Origin: Camelus dromedarius
Taxonomy: Eukaryota
Direction: 5' to 3'
NCBI RefSeq assembly: GCF_036321535.1
Contig: NC_087437.1
Coordinates: forward strand, 81,780,001-81,844,000
Length of the DNA stretch: 64,000 bases
In this document: piece after piece, positions 11,195 to 23,389 of the stretch
How the letters are laid out: each line of letters begins with the position of its first letter
How positions within the stretch are numbered: the stretch's first letter is position 1
The notes under the pieces: model-generated
The model's database searches: none
Told to the model about the DNA's origin: nothing
Seen by the model: the letters and a program-made list of their open reading frames with translations, nothing else
Translations under genes and position numbers: made by a program

Positions 11195-13912
11195 ATAGAA
11201 CTTCTGCTTCTGGGAAGAGAGTAGTAGTAGTCATATTTTCCCCTATTCCTCCTGCTAAGTACGGCTAAAACATTATATATAAAACAAACATAAGAAGTCC
11301 CTGAAAGGTGGAGAGAAGGCAGACTCACAAAGGACTTTGAGGCCCAAGGAACAACACAATGCTGAGCTACCTTGGTTTTCTTTTTGCCTTATTATCTCGG
11401 GACTAGGAGCTAAAGAAGCTAGCAACTTGGGAATGCTAGTGAGAGCAGACTAAAAAGCCTCAACAAATGTCTGCCCTATTTAACAAAATGACCAGGAAAG
11501 GGGTAGCTTAGCAAGACTAAAAACTTTTAGACAATAACTACTTGACTCCTGCCAAACACAACAGAAAAACTGTGGCCCTGCCTACACCAGCAAAGGCTGA
11601 GTGGGGACCCTAGACTTCCCTTTGTCAGGCAGTAATGAGGCACACCAAATCTTCTTCCACCTTCCATCAGGGTGGTATCAGAGATGATCAAGTGGGGATT
11701 GAACACCTGAAGGGATTTTCATCCCTGAAGGGTGATAGCAAACCCCTGTTCTCTCCTCCCATCACCACCACCACCACTGCAGTATCAATGGAGACTACAT
11801 GGTGAGCCTGGACTTCCGCCTCCTCCTGGCAGTAATGAAAGGCACCTCTCCTTCCCCACTAGGATAGTGTCATAGGAAAAGCCCAATAGAGAATCAGGAC
11901 TTTACATACAGCCCAGGGGTAATGAGGCTACACCCACAGTAGTGGTTTTAGCAACCACTAAGATTTAAAGCTATACAAAGAGAAATACTCAAAAGTACCA
12001 AGACAAATCAAAAAAGGATTATAAAAATATTCAAGTAACCCATAGGAAGGCAGGAAAGAGAAACAAAAAACAGCAAACAAATAGAAAAGACAAAATAAAA
12101 TGGCAGATTAAACCCCAACATATCAACAATTACATTAATGTAAATGATCCAAACACAGTAATCTAGAGATTCACAGAATGGATTAAAAAACATGAGCTAA
12201 CTATATGCTGTTTACAAGAAACTTACCTCAAAGATAATATAGTTGAAAGTAAAATGATAAAACATAACATATAAACATTGATTTAATAAAAGCAAGAGTG
12301 TTTATATAAATATCAGATAAAATAGACTTCAGAGTAAAGAAAACTACCAAAGAAAGAGAAGTACATTATATAATGACAAAAGGGTAAATATGCCAAATAG
12401 ACATAGCAATCCTGAAAGAATAAGCATCAAAATATGGGAAGGTAAAACTGATAGAAATAGGGGGAGGGTGTAGCTTAGTATAGAATGTATGCTTAGAATG
12501 CATGAGGTCCTGGGTTCAATCCCCACTAACTCTATTTTAAAAATGCATAAATAAAAATTGATAGAAATGAAAGAAGAGACAAACCTACAATTATGTTGTA
12601 AACTTTACAGTCCACTCAAAACTTGGAAAATGACCAGACAGAAAATCAGCAAGGATACAGAAGAATTGAGTGACACCTTTAACCAGTAGGATCTGGTCAA
12701 AATTTGTAGAACATTCCACTCAACAACAGCAGAATACATATTCTTTTCAAGTGTTATGGAAAATGTACCAAGACAGACCACAATCTAGGACATAAAACAT
12801 CAATAAATTTAAAAGAATCGAAATTGATAAACAGCATGTATTAAAAACCTACAGCAAACATTATACTTAATAATAAAAGACTAAATGCTTTCTCCCTGAT
12901 TGGGAATAAGGCAAGGATGTCTGCTCTAGTCAGTAGTATTCAACATAGTGCTAGAACTTTTAACCAGTATAATAAGGCAAGAAAAGGAAATAAAAGACAT
13001 ATATATCAGAAAGGAAGAAATCACACTATTCCCATTTACAGATGACATTATTGTTTACATGGAAAATCCCAAGGAATCTAAAAAATAAAAAAAAAAACCT
13101 TGCTAGAACTAAGAAGTGAGTTTAGCACCATTGCGGAATAAAAGATAAGTATGCAAAAATTAATTTTATTTCTATATATTAACAATGAACATGTAAACAC
13201 AAAAATTAAAAATACAATACCATTTATAATCACTGAAAAAAAAATTACTGAAAAAAATCCCTGAAATACTTAGGTGTAAATTTAACAAAACAAGTATTGG
13301 ACTTGCATGCTGAAGACTACAAAATACTGATGAAAGAAATCAGAGAAGACCTAAATAAGTGAAGAGATATACTGGGTTCATGCATTAGAAGACTAATCAT
13401 AGTAAAGATGCCAGCTCTACCCAAATTGATATACTGGTTCAACATAGTTTCTATGAAAATCCCAGTAATATTTTTTCTAGATATATACATATTATTCTAA
13501 AATTTATGTAGAATGGCAAAGGAATCAGAAGAGTTACAACAGTTTGAAAAAGAATAATCAAGTGGGAGGAATTAACTTACACAATTTTGAGACATTATAT
13601 AGCTACAGTAATCAAGAATGTGTGGTATTAGTGTAGAAACAGACACACAGGTAAATGGAACAGAATAAAGACTCAGAAAGAGACCCACACAAATATGCCC
13701 AACTGATTTTTGACAAAAGTGCAAAAGCAATTTAATAGAGGATTAGATAACCTTTTCAACAAATAGGAAAAAAATCCATAGGCAAAAAAAATGGACCCTT
13801 ACTTAAGTTTTACACCTTATTCAATAATTAACTTGAAATGTCTCTGTATTGTTTCTTAGCACTGTATGTGAATCTATAATGATTTCAAAATCTAAAAGTT
13901 TGATTAAAAAAA
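11195..13912 (+). mobile_element. L1 (L1MC/L1MD-like) with 5' UTR, discontinuous ORF2 segments and 3' end; internally deleted
   Basis: 5'-UTR-like block 11195-11960; ORF2 endonuclease start ('caattacattaatgtaaatg' ~12130); RT region ('aaggatgtctgctct', 'gatgacattattgtttacatggaaaatccc' ~13040); 3' terminus 'tgtgaatctataatgatttcaaaat...aaaagttt' plus A tract. Confidence 0.85.
12460..12553 (+). mobile_element. Camelid-type tRNA-derived SINE inserted in the L1
   Basis: GGGGAGGGTGTAGCTTAGT...GAGGTCCTGGGTTCAATCCCC (A and B boxes); TSD aaaactgatagaaat (12444-12458) / aaaattgatagaaat (12554-12568). Confidence 0.88.
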
Positions 13913-14143
13913 AGTCTTTAAAGGAAATCCATCCTCTTCTTTGGGAGGCCCAATATCCTTACGCTGGAAAAGCCAGCAGGTATGTGGTTGGCTGTGGACC
14001 AGACTAGAGCACCATCTTACGGCTGGAGCACCCCTATCATTGCTGTCCTGACCCCGGAGAGACAGAAGGGTGGCTGGATTCGGAGAATCCAGTCAACCAA
14101 TGGAGGCCATGATAGAGTCTTCAAAAATAAAAGCCCTTAGGCA

Positions 14144-14334
14144 AGGGCTGCCAGATAAAATACAGGCTACCTCATTAAACTTAACTTTCAGATAAACAGT
14201 AAATAATTTTTTAGTATAGGTATGTCCCAATATTGCATGGGGGATATCTGTAGGGTATTAAGAAGTATTCACTGTTTATCTGAAAGTTGAATTTAATAAG
14301 GTATGTATTTTTATTTGTTAAATCTGGTGACCCC
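14144..14334. mobile_element. MER53 palindromic hAT MITE
   Basis: AGGGCTGCCAGATAAAATACAGG...TTTCAGATAAACA...TGTCCCAATATTGCATGGG...TGTTTATCTGAAA...AAATCTGGTGACCCC with terminal and internal inverted repeats. Confidence 0.88.
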
Positions 14335-16239
14335 AATTGGGGAATTCCCTTCCCCAGAAAAGGCCACTCTTAGTCCTCCAACCCATCTTCATCTGGGTTC
14401 CTTCGGGGAAGTCTTGGCTGACTACACAGGCCTTCTTCCTCTTGCTCACAGTGCTTCTACACTAACTGTACCCTGTAAAGCAGTACATAATTTTTTCCTT
14501 CCTCACAGTGTGCTTTTTTTCCATCTGAACTGTAAACACTCTGAGGGTATCCATGAGTGCCCCAAGTACCTGGCCCAATGTTAGTTAAAAGTAAAAAGCA
14601 ACTCCCCAATTCCTGCTGCTTTATTTCTATTATAAAAGTAATATATATTCTCTGTGTTAAACATTAAAGCTCTTACACAAATCTTCTACACTTTTATTAA
14701 CTTTAAAAAATCACTGTAAGGTTGTCCTAAAGGATGAAATAAAAATAAATAAATACCAGGATCAAATCCATAAATATTTAAAACTCAGTAATGCTTTAAA
14801 AAAAATCTGAATTCTATATTCTCCCATTGCCCAGAATCTGAAAACTGAAGAGTACAGTCTGTATTTAAGCAATCTAGTTGAAAATAACACATTTTAAAGG
14901 TAAGTGACTCTTAACACAACAAAACCCCATGAGAAATATTGAAAATATCTTGTCAATCAAATACTCTAAATCTGAGTTACTTCTTGTTCCAAAAAATTAT
15001 TTCATCTGAAACCCTTTAACATATAAAATGAGGTAATCTCGTATCATCGTAGGTTGAATAAATTAGTTGTTTCTTTAGTCTGTGATGCTTTTTGGTTCCA
15101 AAAGAGAAAACTGCCTTTCTGTGATTTCAATTAAGAGAATATCAAAAGAACACTATGGGGACCCAACTTACCCAGCCTGGCTCCAGCATCTAGATTCCTC
15201 TAGAACTGCTGCCATTTGAGGAAGTTAAGCCAGGCCTGTGCCACTCAGTCCCGGTGGCTAATCTGGCCCATGGAATGGAGTCACCAAAGTCATGAGGTGC
15301 TGCCTCATTCTCCAACTCCCTGAGGGGCTACTTGGAGAAAAAAAAAAAAAAAGATACCACCAGATGGGATTGGTTGAATTCAGAAGTAGAGTCAAGTACA
15401 CTGTCCTTTTTCAACCCAAGGCAAAAAAGAGCAAGTTAAAGTTAAAAGTTGTGTATATCTTCTCTTTCCCTCAATCCCTGCCTTTGTCCTCTTTATGAGA
15501 AGTATCAGAAGTCCAATTTCTCAGCAATTTCCTTAAGCTTCTTGTACTTAAGGAAAGTACTTGATTGCATAAACCCCTTCTAGGTCCTAGGGAGAATCCT
15601 GGCAAGGGGTCATACAGTTAATTTTTCTTAAAAAATTAGCAAGAGAAAGATATATGGTGATTAAAATACATACAATAGATCACTGTCTATTTCCACTCAG
15701 AATTCACCTCTGTCACATATCCCCTAGTGAGTGGTACTGGAACAGGAGCAAGCATTTTGGGAATCCAGTTAGAAGGAGCTGATTGGACAAATATTGAGTT
15801 TGAGTTTAATGGGCTAGTATTATAAGGTTCACAATCATACAGTCTACAGTTAAATTATTGCTAGCTATCAGTGTAGAAATGCTTCCAGAAATACTCCTAC
15901 CACCCTATGCCAACTCATCAGACATCTGACACAGAGTGTGCAGGGCTAGAGCTGGTGAATTGTGACACAAATGCACCCCTAGCCCCCTTCCTTAGATCTG
16001 TGTGGGAAGTGGAGGAGAAACCAGGTTTGGGATGTATGAAATTAGAAACTAGCCAGTGGAAACTTATTCCAATCATTAAAAATGTAAAACCGTAAGCAGA
16101 GAATTAGGTTCCCACTTTGTTTATTTAAAATGAAAGGTCTCTCCTATAGGAATACAGTAGATGGTGCATTTTACAGTTAAAAAAACACATTTTTTGGTCT
16201 TACTTGATGGGGATGAGTAAAATAAAACTTTTCAGAATT

Positions 16240-16388
16240 CATGCATTTATAACAATACTGTTGTGATTTCTCATTTAAAACAACTTCTTTCAAATCTAAT
16301 TTTGTATCAGTAATTTTGTATTCTTTTTCTGAGAGGGGCCCCCAAATTGCATAAGCTTCAGGCCTCACAAAAACTTAGATCTGCTCTG
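16240..16388 (-). mobile_element. hAT-Tip100-type DNA transposon end fragment (Zaphod-like)
   Basis: 'ggggcccccaaattgcataagcttcaggcctcacaaaaacttagatctgctctg' resembles the reverse complement of a hAT-Tip100 terminus; family from memory. Confidence 0.5.
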
Positions 16389-16439
16389 GTAAGACCTGCT
16401 GAACTTTCCTACTATTTCCCATAATTTCTCAACAAAACA

Positions 16440-16770
16440 AACTACTGAAGCACACAACATGGGTAAGTTTCAAAAGCATGATGCTAAGCAAAAGAAGCCA
16501 GAATCAAAAGGCTACATAACATGTGATCCCATTTACTTAACATTCTAGAGAAGGCAAAACTATAGGGAAAAAAACCAGATCAGTAGTTACTGTGGACTGG
16601 AGATGGGAAATTTCTGGGGGTTGTTGGAAATGTTCTGTATCTTAATTGTGGTGGTTACACAATGGTATGCATTAGTCAAAATTTATAGAACCATACACAA
16701 AAAAGGGTTAATTTTACTATGTAAATTATTTACTATGTAAATTATTCCTCAATAAACTTGACTTTAAAGA
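16440..16770 (+). mobile_element. Old L1 3' UTR fragment
   Basis: 'atgctaagcaaaagaagccaga...tgtgatcccattta...ggcaaaactatag...ggaaatgttctgtatcttaattgtggtggttacac...cctcaataaa'. Confidence 0.8.
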
Positions 16771-18074
16771 ATAATGATAGAAGCTTACTTTCATCAAACA
16801 ATTTGTGACACTTGCCCAATGACACACAACTAATAGGCAGAGCTGGGATCTGAATCTATTCTAATGCTAGAGTCCACAATCTTAACCCCCACATTACCCT
16901 TGCATGAAAAGATGCTGCTTATAGTGAAATGATGTTTCCTTCTTTCCATTTGCTAAGAAATTTGTTTGTTGTTTTATTTTAAAATCATGAATCAGGGTTA
17001 AAATTTAATATAATGCTTTTTGGTTTTGCATTTATTGAGATGATCATATGGGTTTTCTCCTAAAATCCATCAATGTGGTGAACTGTAAGAACAGGTCATC
17101 TAATGTTAAACCATTCTTCCAATTCCTTGGATAAATGACAATTTGCCATGATGTATTTCTTTTTGAATAATGTTGGTTTTTATTTTGATCATCATTTTAC
17201 TTAGATATATATTGACATAATTTTCTTTTGTAGTAGTCATTGACTGGTTTAGGTATTGAGGTTACACTAGCTTCATGTAAGAGTTGATAAATGTCTCCTC
17301 ATTTTCTATCCTCTGAAATAGTTTATATAGTTAAGACGATCTGTTTCTTCATACTTGGTAAAATCTGTAAATAAAAGAAGTAGAGTGTAGTATTCTTTTT
17401 ATAGATGTTTTAACAAATGTTTCAATTTCTAACAGTTATAGGATTATCAAGGTTTTTCTATTTATTTTTAACCCAGTTTTAGTAAGTATTATTTTTCTAG
17501 GTAATTGGCTGTATTTATTTAACTTTTCAAATTTATTGAAGAGAGTTAATAATCATATACAGCTATGTCTTTTTCTTTTCTCCCATTTTTCATTTGCACC
17601 TTTTTTTTCTTTTCTTTTCTTGTTCTATCTTAGAGAGGTCGTTCTTTAAAAAAAATACACAAAACCTAGGTTCTGTATTATAGATGCTTTCTATTGTATC
17701 TTTGATTTCTATTACACTAATTAATATTCATTACTTTCTTTAGGTTTACTCTATCAATTTTTTAATATTTGTAGTTGGATATTTAGTTCAATATGTTTTT
17801 TTCTTCTGATGTAAGCATTAAGGATATACATTTTCTTAATACTTTATAACTTATCCTGAATACCATGTTTTAATATTATAGCATTTTCATTATCATTTAA
17901 TTCTAAATATGTTTAAAGTCTCCATAATGATTTTTCTTTGACTGATGGGTTATTTAGACGTATATAGTTAAATTTCCAGATTTTTGTAGTGATCTTTTTG
18001 TTATATCGTGGCTAGAAAAATGGCCTGCATATCAATTTTTTGCTAGTTGTTAAGACTTGATTTATTTTCTAGCA

Positions 18075-18300
18075 CAGGGATCAGCAAACTTTTTAAGGTT
18101 GTAGTGTAGTACAGTCAGTAAGTGTAGGGTTTACACAGCAGTAAGGTCTCTGTCAGTAATTACTCAACTCTGCAGCTGTGTAAAAGCAGCCCTAGATGAC
18201 ATGTAAATGATTGGGTGTGGCTGTGTTCTGATAAACGTTATTTACAGAAACACATCCTGGCTGGATCTGGTCCATGGGCCACATAGTTTGCCAGTCCTTG
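18075..18300 (+). mobile_element. MER58A (hAT-Charlie) DNA transposon
   Basis: CAGGGATCAGCAAACTTTTT...actcaactctgc...aaagcagcc...gggtgtggctgtgttc..ataaa...tagtttgccagtccttg. Confidence 0.85.
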
Positions 18301-18324
18301 ACCTAGTACATAACCTATTATCTA

Positions 18325-18458
18325 TTTATTTATGTATTTATTTATTTTTATTGAAAGTAGGTGATGTACAATGTTAGTTTCAGGTGTGCTACATAGCAAT
18401 TTGATATTTGTATACATTATGAAATCATCACAAGTCTAGTAACCATCTGTCTCCGTAC
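18325..18458 (-). mobile_element. L1 3' terminus (L1MA-like), antisense
   Basis: (TTTA)n tail then 'ttttattgaa.gtag.tgatgtacaatgttagtttcaggtgt...caagtctagtaaccatctgtc'. Confidence 0.75.
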
Positions 18459-20454
18459 ATAATCAATTAAAATTGTTTTAAATATAATTTAAACAGAATG
18501 TGTAGTATCTAATTGTTCTATGTATGATCACAGTTAAACATGTTTTTTAAATCTCCTATGTTTATGAATGTTTATGTTTTATCTATTATTGATCTGTGTA
18601 TTAACATTTTCCACTCTTATTTTGAATTTTCTCATGTTTCCTAGTAATTATACCAATTTTTATTTACACATCTCAAGGTGTGTTAGATGTATACAAGTTT
18701 AGAACTGTAACAACTTCCTGTTGGCTGTTTCATCATTATGTAATGACCCAGTTTTTAAAAATCCATCTCGTTTAACTTAGTCCAGTTTTACTTATTTGGG
18801 GAGGGATGTTCTATATTTCTAGAGGCGGTCACTTGTTCTCTGGGAAATCTAACTATACACACTGAAAACTAATGTTGGAGACACAGCTGTACTTCAACAG
18901 ACTAAAGTGTTTTGCTAAAATTACTCATCCTAGGAACCAGAATGTTTTATTTGGCCAGGAAGCAAGGCTGAGAACTACTCTTCAAGAACCACGTTCCCAG
19001 CTCATTAAGGGACTCCCACCAGCATCACTGAGAAAGAACATAATTCCCACATCCAAAGAACAGGACCCTGTGAAAAGTAAACTCAGTGAAGGCCTTAAGG
19101 CCACACCAGCAACACAGAACCCGGGGTAGGGGAAGGGAGAGAAGGGGAAAGGAGAGAAAGAAAGGGGAGAAGAAAAACAAACAGTGAGAACTGTAGCCAA
19201 TGAAAGAAAGGGCTCTCAATTTTGACTCCACTTATACTAACTGTGATCATGCAGGAAGGATGCTCCATCCGTTACTGCTTCTGCACACTTTTCAAAATAA
19301 TTACTACAGGTATGCCATGATCAAAAAATAAGGACTTACAATCAATTAGGTCACACCAGAAAAGAATCTGTAAGTGAACTTCTCATTTACTCTAACTGCT
19401 CAGAATGCCTCCATGCCCTTTAACTTTGCCATCTCTTGCTTTCTATCAAAATGTCATCCCTATCTTCCAACATTCAGTGCAAGTTTCTCTCTCTGCAAAG
19501 AACTTACAAAAGTAGAAACAAGACTATCTTGGGGCTATAATCTAGCAAGTAGTCGCAACTTTCAGAGAAAAGAATATGTTGAGAAAAGAGAACAGGAGCT
19601 GATGAGCAAATAAAGAATTATGTCATCAGTGGCAGGAGGAGCAGCAAACCCAAGGCCATGACTGTCATAGCTAATCCAAGGCAGCTGGTTGCTTTGAGGG
19701 GGCTGCTCAGAGAAGCCTGGGCAGGCTCAGCCTTCAGGCTCCTGGCATTTTCCGGCCACTCATTCCCTGCTCCAGGCACAGGGACACTAAACCACTCAGT
19801 TTTCCATAGGCTTGTGGTGGTTCATCAGGCTTTAAATTAACATGGCATATGTCTCTCTGGTTTTGTTTTGTTTTTTCTAGGTACCATGTTTCCCTTTTTT
19901 GTTTTTTCACTCTCATATACAGCAAGAAACTGGGCATGATCTACTTTTTCTACCTCTTAGTCTCCTTAAGACATCCTCTTACTTCTCTCCAAAATAGACC
20001 AAACAAACGGTTCTGAATGTAAGTCCCCATGAGTTAGTTTTCTCCATCAGAAGTTTTCTTGTCATTCTGAACAGGGATGGGGAGTTGGGGTGGTGGTGGT
20101 CGTTTTTCTCCTCGAATTCTGCTGTTTCTAGTGGCAACTGCTAAAGCCTGGTCTACATTCCAATAATGCTCCAATTTTCATAGCTGAAGATGTCCCTAGC
20201 AACAGATCCGGATTTGCTTATACAATAAGTTTCCAGTTCATATAGAAAATTTTAAAGAAGGTATAGTACCAATAATATCACTTCAAAAAATACATGATTA
20301 AAGGGAAATGTTTCACCTCCTACTTGTGAGGATCTTACATGCTATCAATTTTCTGTTGCCTGTTACATGTCAGCAGCTGTAATGTATAGAAATATTAATC
20401 ACTATGCTGCGTACCAGGAATGAACATAGAGTTATAGGTCCTATACTTCAAATA

Positions 20455-21075
20455 CAAACAAACTCATAGAAAGAGATCAGATTTGTGGTTACTTGAGGCA
20501 GAGAATGGGGGGAGAGAATTGGATGAAGGTGGTCAAAGGGTACAAAATTCCAGTTATAGTAAACAAGTCTTAGGAATGCAATGTACAACATGATTAACAT
20601 AATTAACACTTCTATGTGCTATATGTGAAAGTTGTTAAGAGAGTAAGTCCTATGAGTTCTCATCACAAGGAAAAAATATTTTTTCTTTTTCTTTTAGTTT
20701 GTATCTTTATGAGATGATAGATGTTCAGTAAACTTATCGTGGTCATCATTTCAAGATGTATGTAAGTCAAATCAGTATGCTATACACTCTAAACCTACAC
20801 AGAGCTGTAAAGGGGGTCCCCTCTGACTGGAAAACTTGTGGACAGGACCCATCTTTAGCCAAGAGGACCTCAGCTGTGTTCTGGTAGCAGAGAAGTTTTA
20901 CTTTCTTCATGGGCACTATAGGTCTCATGTGATACTCATGACAGACTTTTCCAGTCTCCAAGTCACCCAACCTGGGTTAACTATTTGCCTCATGCTGCTC
21001 TGGTTTGTGCGATAATAAAGAACGTATTATTAAAAAAAAAAAAAAGATCTCAGTAAAACTGGGAGAAAGAAAAAA
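20455..21075 (+). mobile_element. L1MA-type 3' UTR, interrupted by a polyadenylated non-L1 insert
   Basis: 'caaactcatagaaagagatcagatttgtggtt...gttctcatcacaagg...tatgctatacactctaaacctacacagagctgta' resumes after the insert as 'atctcagtaaaactggga'. Confidence 0.85.
20810..21045 (+). pseudogene. Probable retroposed mRNA 3'-end fragment (parent gene unknown)
   Basis: About 220 bp of non-L1 sequence with AATAAA at 21014-21019 and a 14-nt poly(A) at 21032-21045, splitting an L1 3' UTR. Confidence 0.6.
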
Positions 21076-21744
21076 CACAGAATAACTAAATGGCAAAGCA
21101 AATAAACAAAAGTGTACACAGGACAGGCTCCTCAGGAACCACCCACCTCAGGGGTAAAGCACCCAGAGCCACGGGAGTCCGACCTCTTGTGTAAACACTC
21201 ACATTTAAGCCTGGCTGCAGTGGGAGTGAAAAGGGACCTTTAATGCTAAAACTCAGGCTACCACAGGACCTGTCTTATCTTTGTTACAAAAATGCAGTGG
21301 AGATTATGCAAGTATCAGAGGGCAGCTTTGCAGGCAGAATAGTTATCTGCCTGCTCTCTGTCCTGAATAAAGCATTTTTTCTTCTTATCCTATTTTATTT
21401 TTAGCTTAAGGGAAAAAAATAGACAAATAGCTTAGGCAACAGAACCACAACTTTAGTCTTAAGTGTTAGAACTTCACCCTTCTTCCTTTCTAGTTTATTT
21501 TAAATGTTGGAACATTTACATATTTGGGTGGGGTCAGTTTTCAAATTATGAGTAATTTCAATTTAACCACCTTTTCTGGTCAACCTTTGCATCTGTAGTC
21601 AGGTGAATAGAGCCATGGATGCTGGCAGTGGCATTTTGGGGCTTATTAGAATTTTATGTTTATTGGATGAGCATACTTGATACATCTGGAAGCAGCACTA
21701 TATAAATTCTTTGTTCTTGGAGAAATTAATAAGAACGATACTAA

Positions 21745-21970
21745 CTCTTACTTTTTTTTGAGCAAGACAGTGTTCTATATGCTCTACATATATTAACTCA
21801 TTTAACTTCCATTTCAGTCTTAAGAGATGGGTACTATTATTATAAATCTCTGTTTCTCAGAGGTGGAAAGTCAAGCACTTGCCTAAGGTTAATGAGAGCG
21901 AGCCAAGATTCGGACCTAGGCAGTTTTGACTCAAGAGTCTACTCTTAACCACTATGCAATACCGCCCCTC
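21745..21970 (-). mobile_element. MIR SINE
   Basis: 'tattaactcatttaa...cttgcctaaggt...ccaagattcggacctaggcagt.tgactc.agagtc...ctcttaaccactatgc'. Confidence 0.85.
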
Positions 21971-23389
21971 TAACTTAAAAAGCAAACTAGGTAGCTCTCA
22001 GGTAGTACTGGTCTCTTAAGCTGGGTACTGGAATCCACGGGGCTTTGTGGGTAGAGCCTAGTTTAACAAGAAAGCATGTTCTTATGTTTGAAGAACATTT
22101 ATGTAACTGAGGCAAAATCTGCTGCATGTGGCGAACAGCTCCCCTCCTCCGAAACAAACACACACACCCAATCAGTCCAGCTACCTGTTAGTAACTCGCC
22201 CCCACCACCCCTGCACATTTTACATTTCAGCTGGGGAAAATATATATATTCTGGTTTGTCTAGTGCTGGTTTATGCCTGTCATTTCCACATCTCATCTGA
22301 TTTAGTATCTGTCTTATTGCAGGGATTTTTAATATATTAATATACATTATTACTCCCCAAGTATGGGAATGGAAATGAGATCATCCTCAGGCTTATTTGA
22401 CCCCTGACCTCTGCTCTTTGCAGCACAACTGTTAACAGCTCTCAGAACATCACTCTGGGTACACATTTCAGGAAGTGCCAGTATAGAGGAGTGACAAAGG
22501 AAGTCCTAGAAGTCTTAGATTCTAGTTCCAACTTTTGTGACCTTGGGTAAATCTCTTACTTTATGCCACAGTCTTCCCATTTGTGGAATGATGAAGTCAT
22601 ACTACTATGATTTACGATTCTCTTCTGGTTCAGGCCAGTTTCTAATAAGAATGTTGTATATCCTGGACAAGTCAAAATTTCCAGAGTGAGGTTGAAGTGT
22701 TGATGTACAGAGGGATAGGGTAACATTAAAAAATATATATAGGTGAACATGGCCCATTACACGGGCACATGAGTTACATCATGTCCCTTGAACAGAAGTT
22801 TCATATGGAAAAAGCCTATGAGGCTGCAGTGAGACCTGCAACCCACTCACCCTGTTATAAACTATGATCCCAAGGAAGACAAATATTACAATGGGGAAGC
22901 ATGCTGTTTCTGTTAAGACTGCCCTACAGCCTTCAAAGAGACTTCAACTACTTACTAGATTACTTAATGAATGCCCTTAATGTGCATCTTGTGAACCGTT
23001 AAAGGTGGGTGTAATGTTCACATGCCTTGCTTCAGCATGCTTAACTTTCTTACCCAACTTCTCAATGGAAAAGCCAGGTCTTAACTGACCTTTTGTGTAG
23101 CTTTGGACAGGTACTTGATTGCTTCATTTTAAAACCTTCCTGCTGGTAAACTAGGCTTAAGGATATTAACTTGTAGCTAATTATCAACTACATGGGAAAT
23201 ATACAAAGAGGGGTACAAAGAGGGGAATGATCTTTAAGAACTATAACTCTGAGGTCTTACATAATAGTGTGGGATAAAGCTGAGATGAAACAATTTAATG
23301 GGGTAAATAAAAAGAGATTAAACGAGACTTGATTTATCAATACTGTACTACCATTTTATGGGGTCATCACTGAACAAAATGTTTTTACC

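Larger units (their letters stand above)
16930..18750 (-). mobile_element. Ancient L1 ORF2 remnant (antisense), interrupted by MER58A and a younger L1 3' end
   Basis: T-rich decayed ORF2 motifs on the reverse strand ('ttattgagatgatcatatgg.ttttctcc', 'ctaatgttaaacc', 'tttcatcattatgtaatgacc'). Confidence 0.65.

Noticed and set aside
12460..12530. tRNA-like sequence (also 63880-63950)
   Set aside because: It is the head of a SINE with TSDs and tail, not a tRNA gene.
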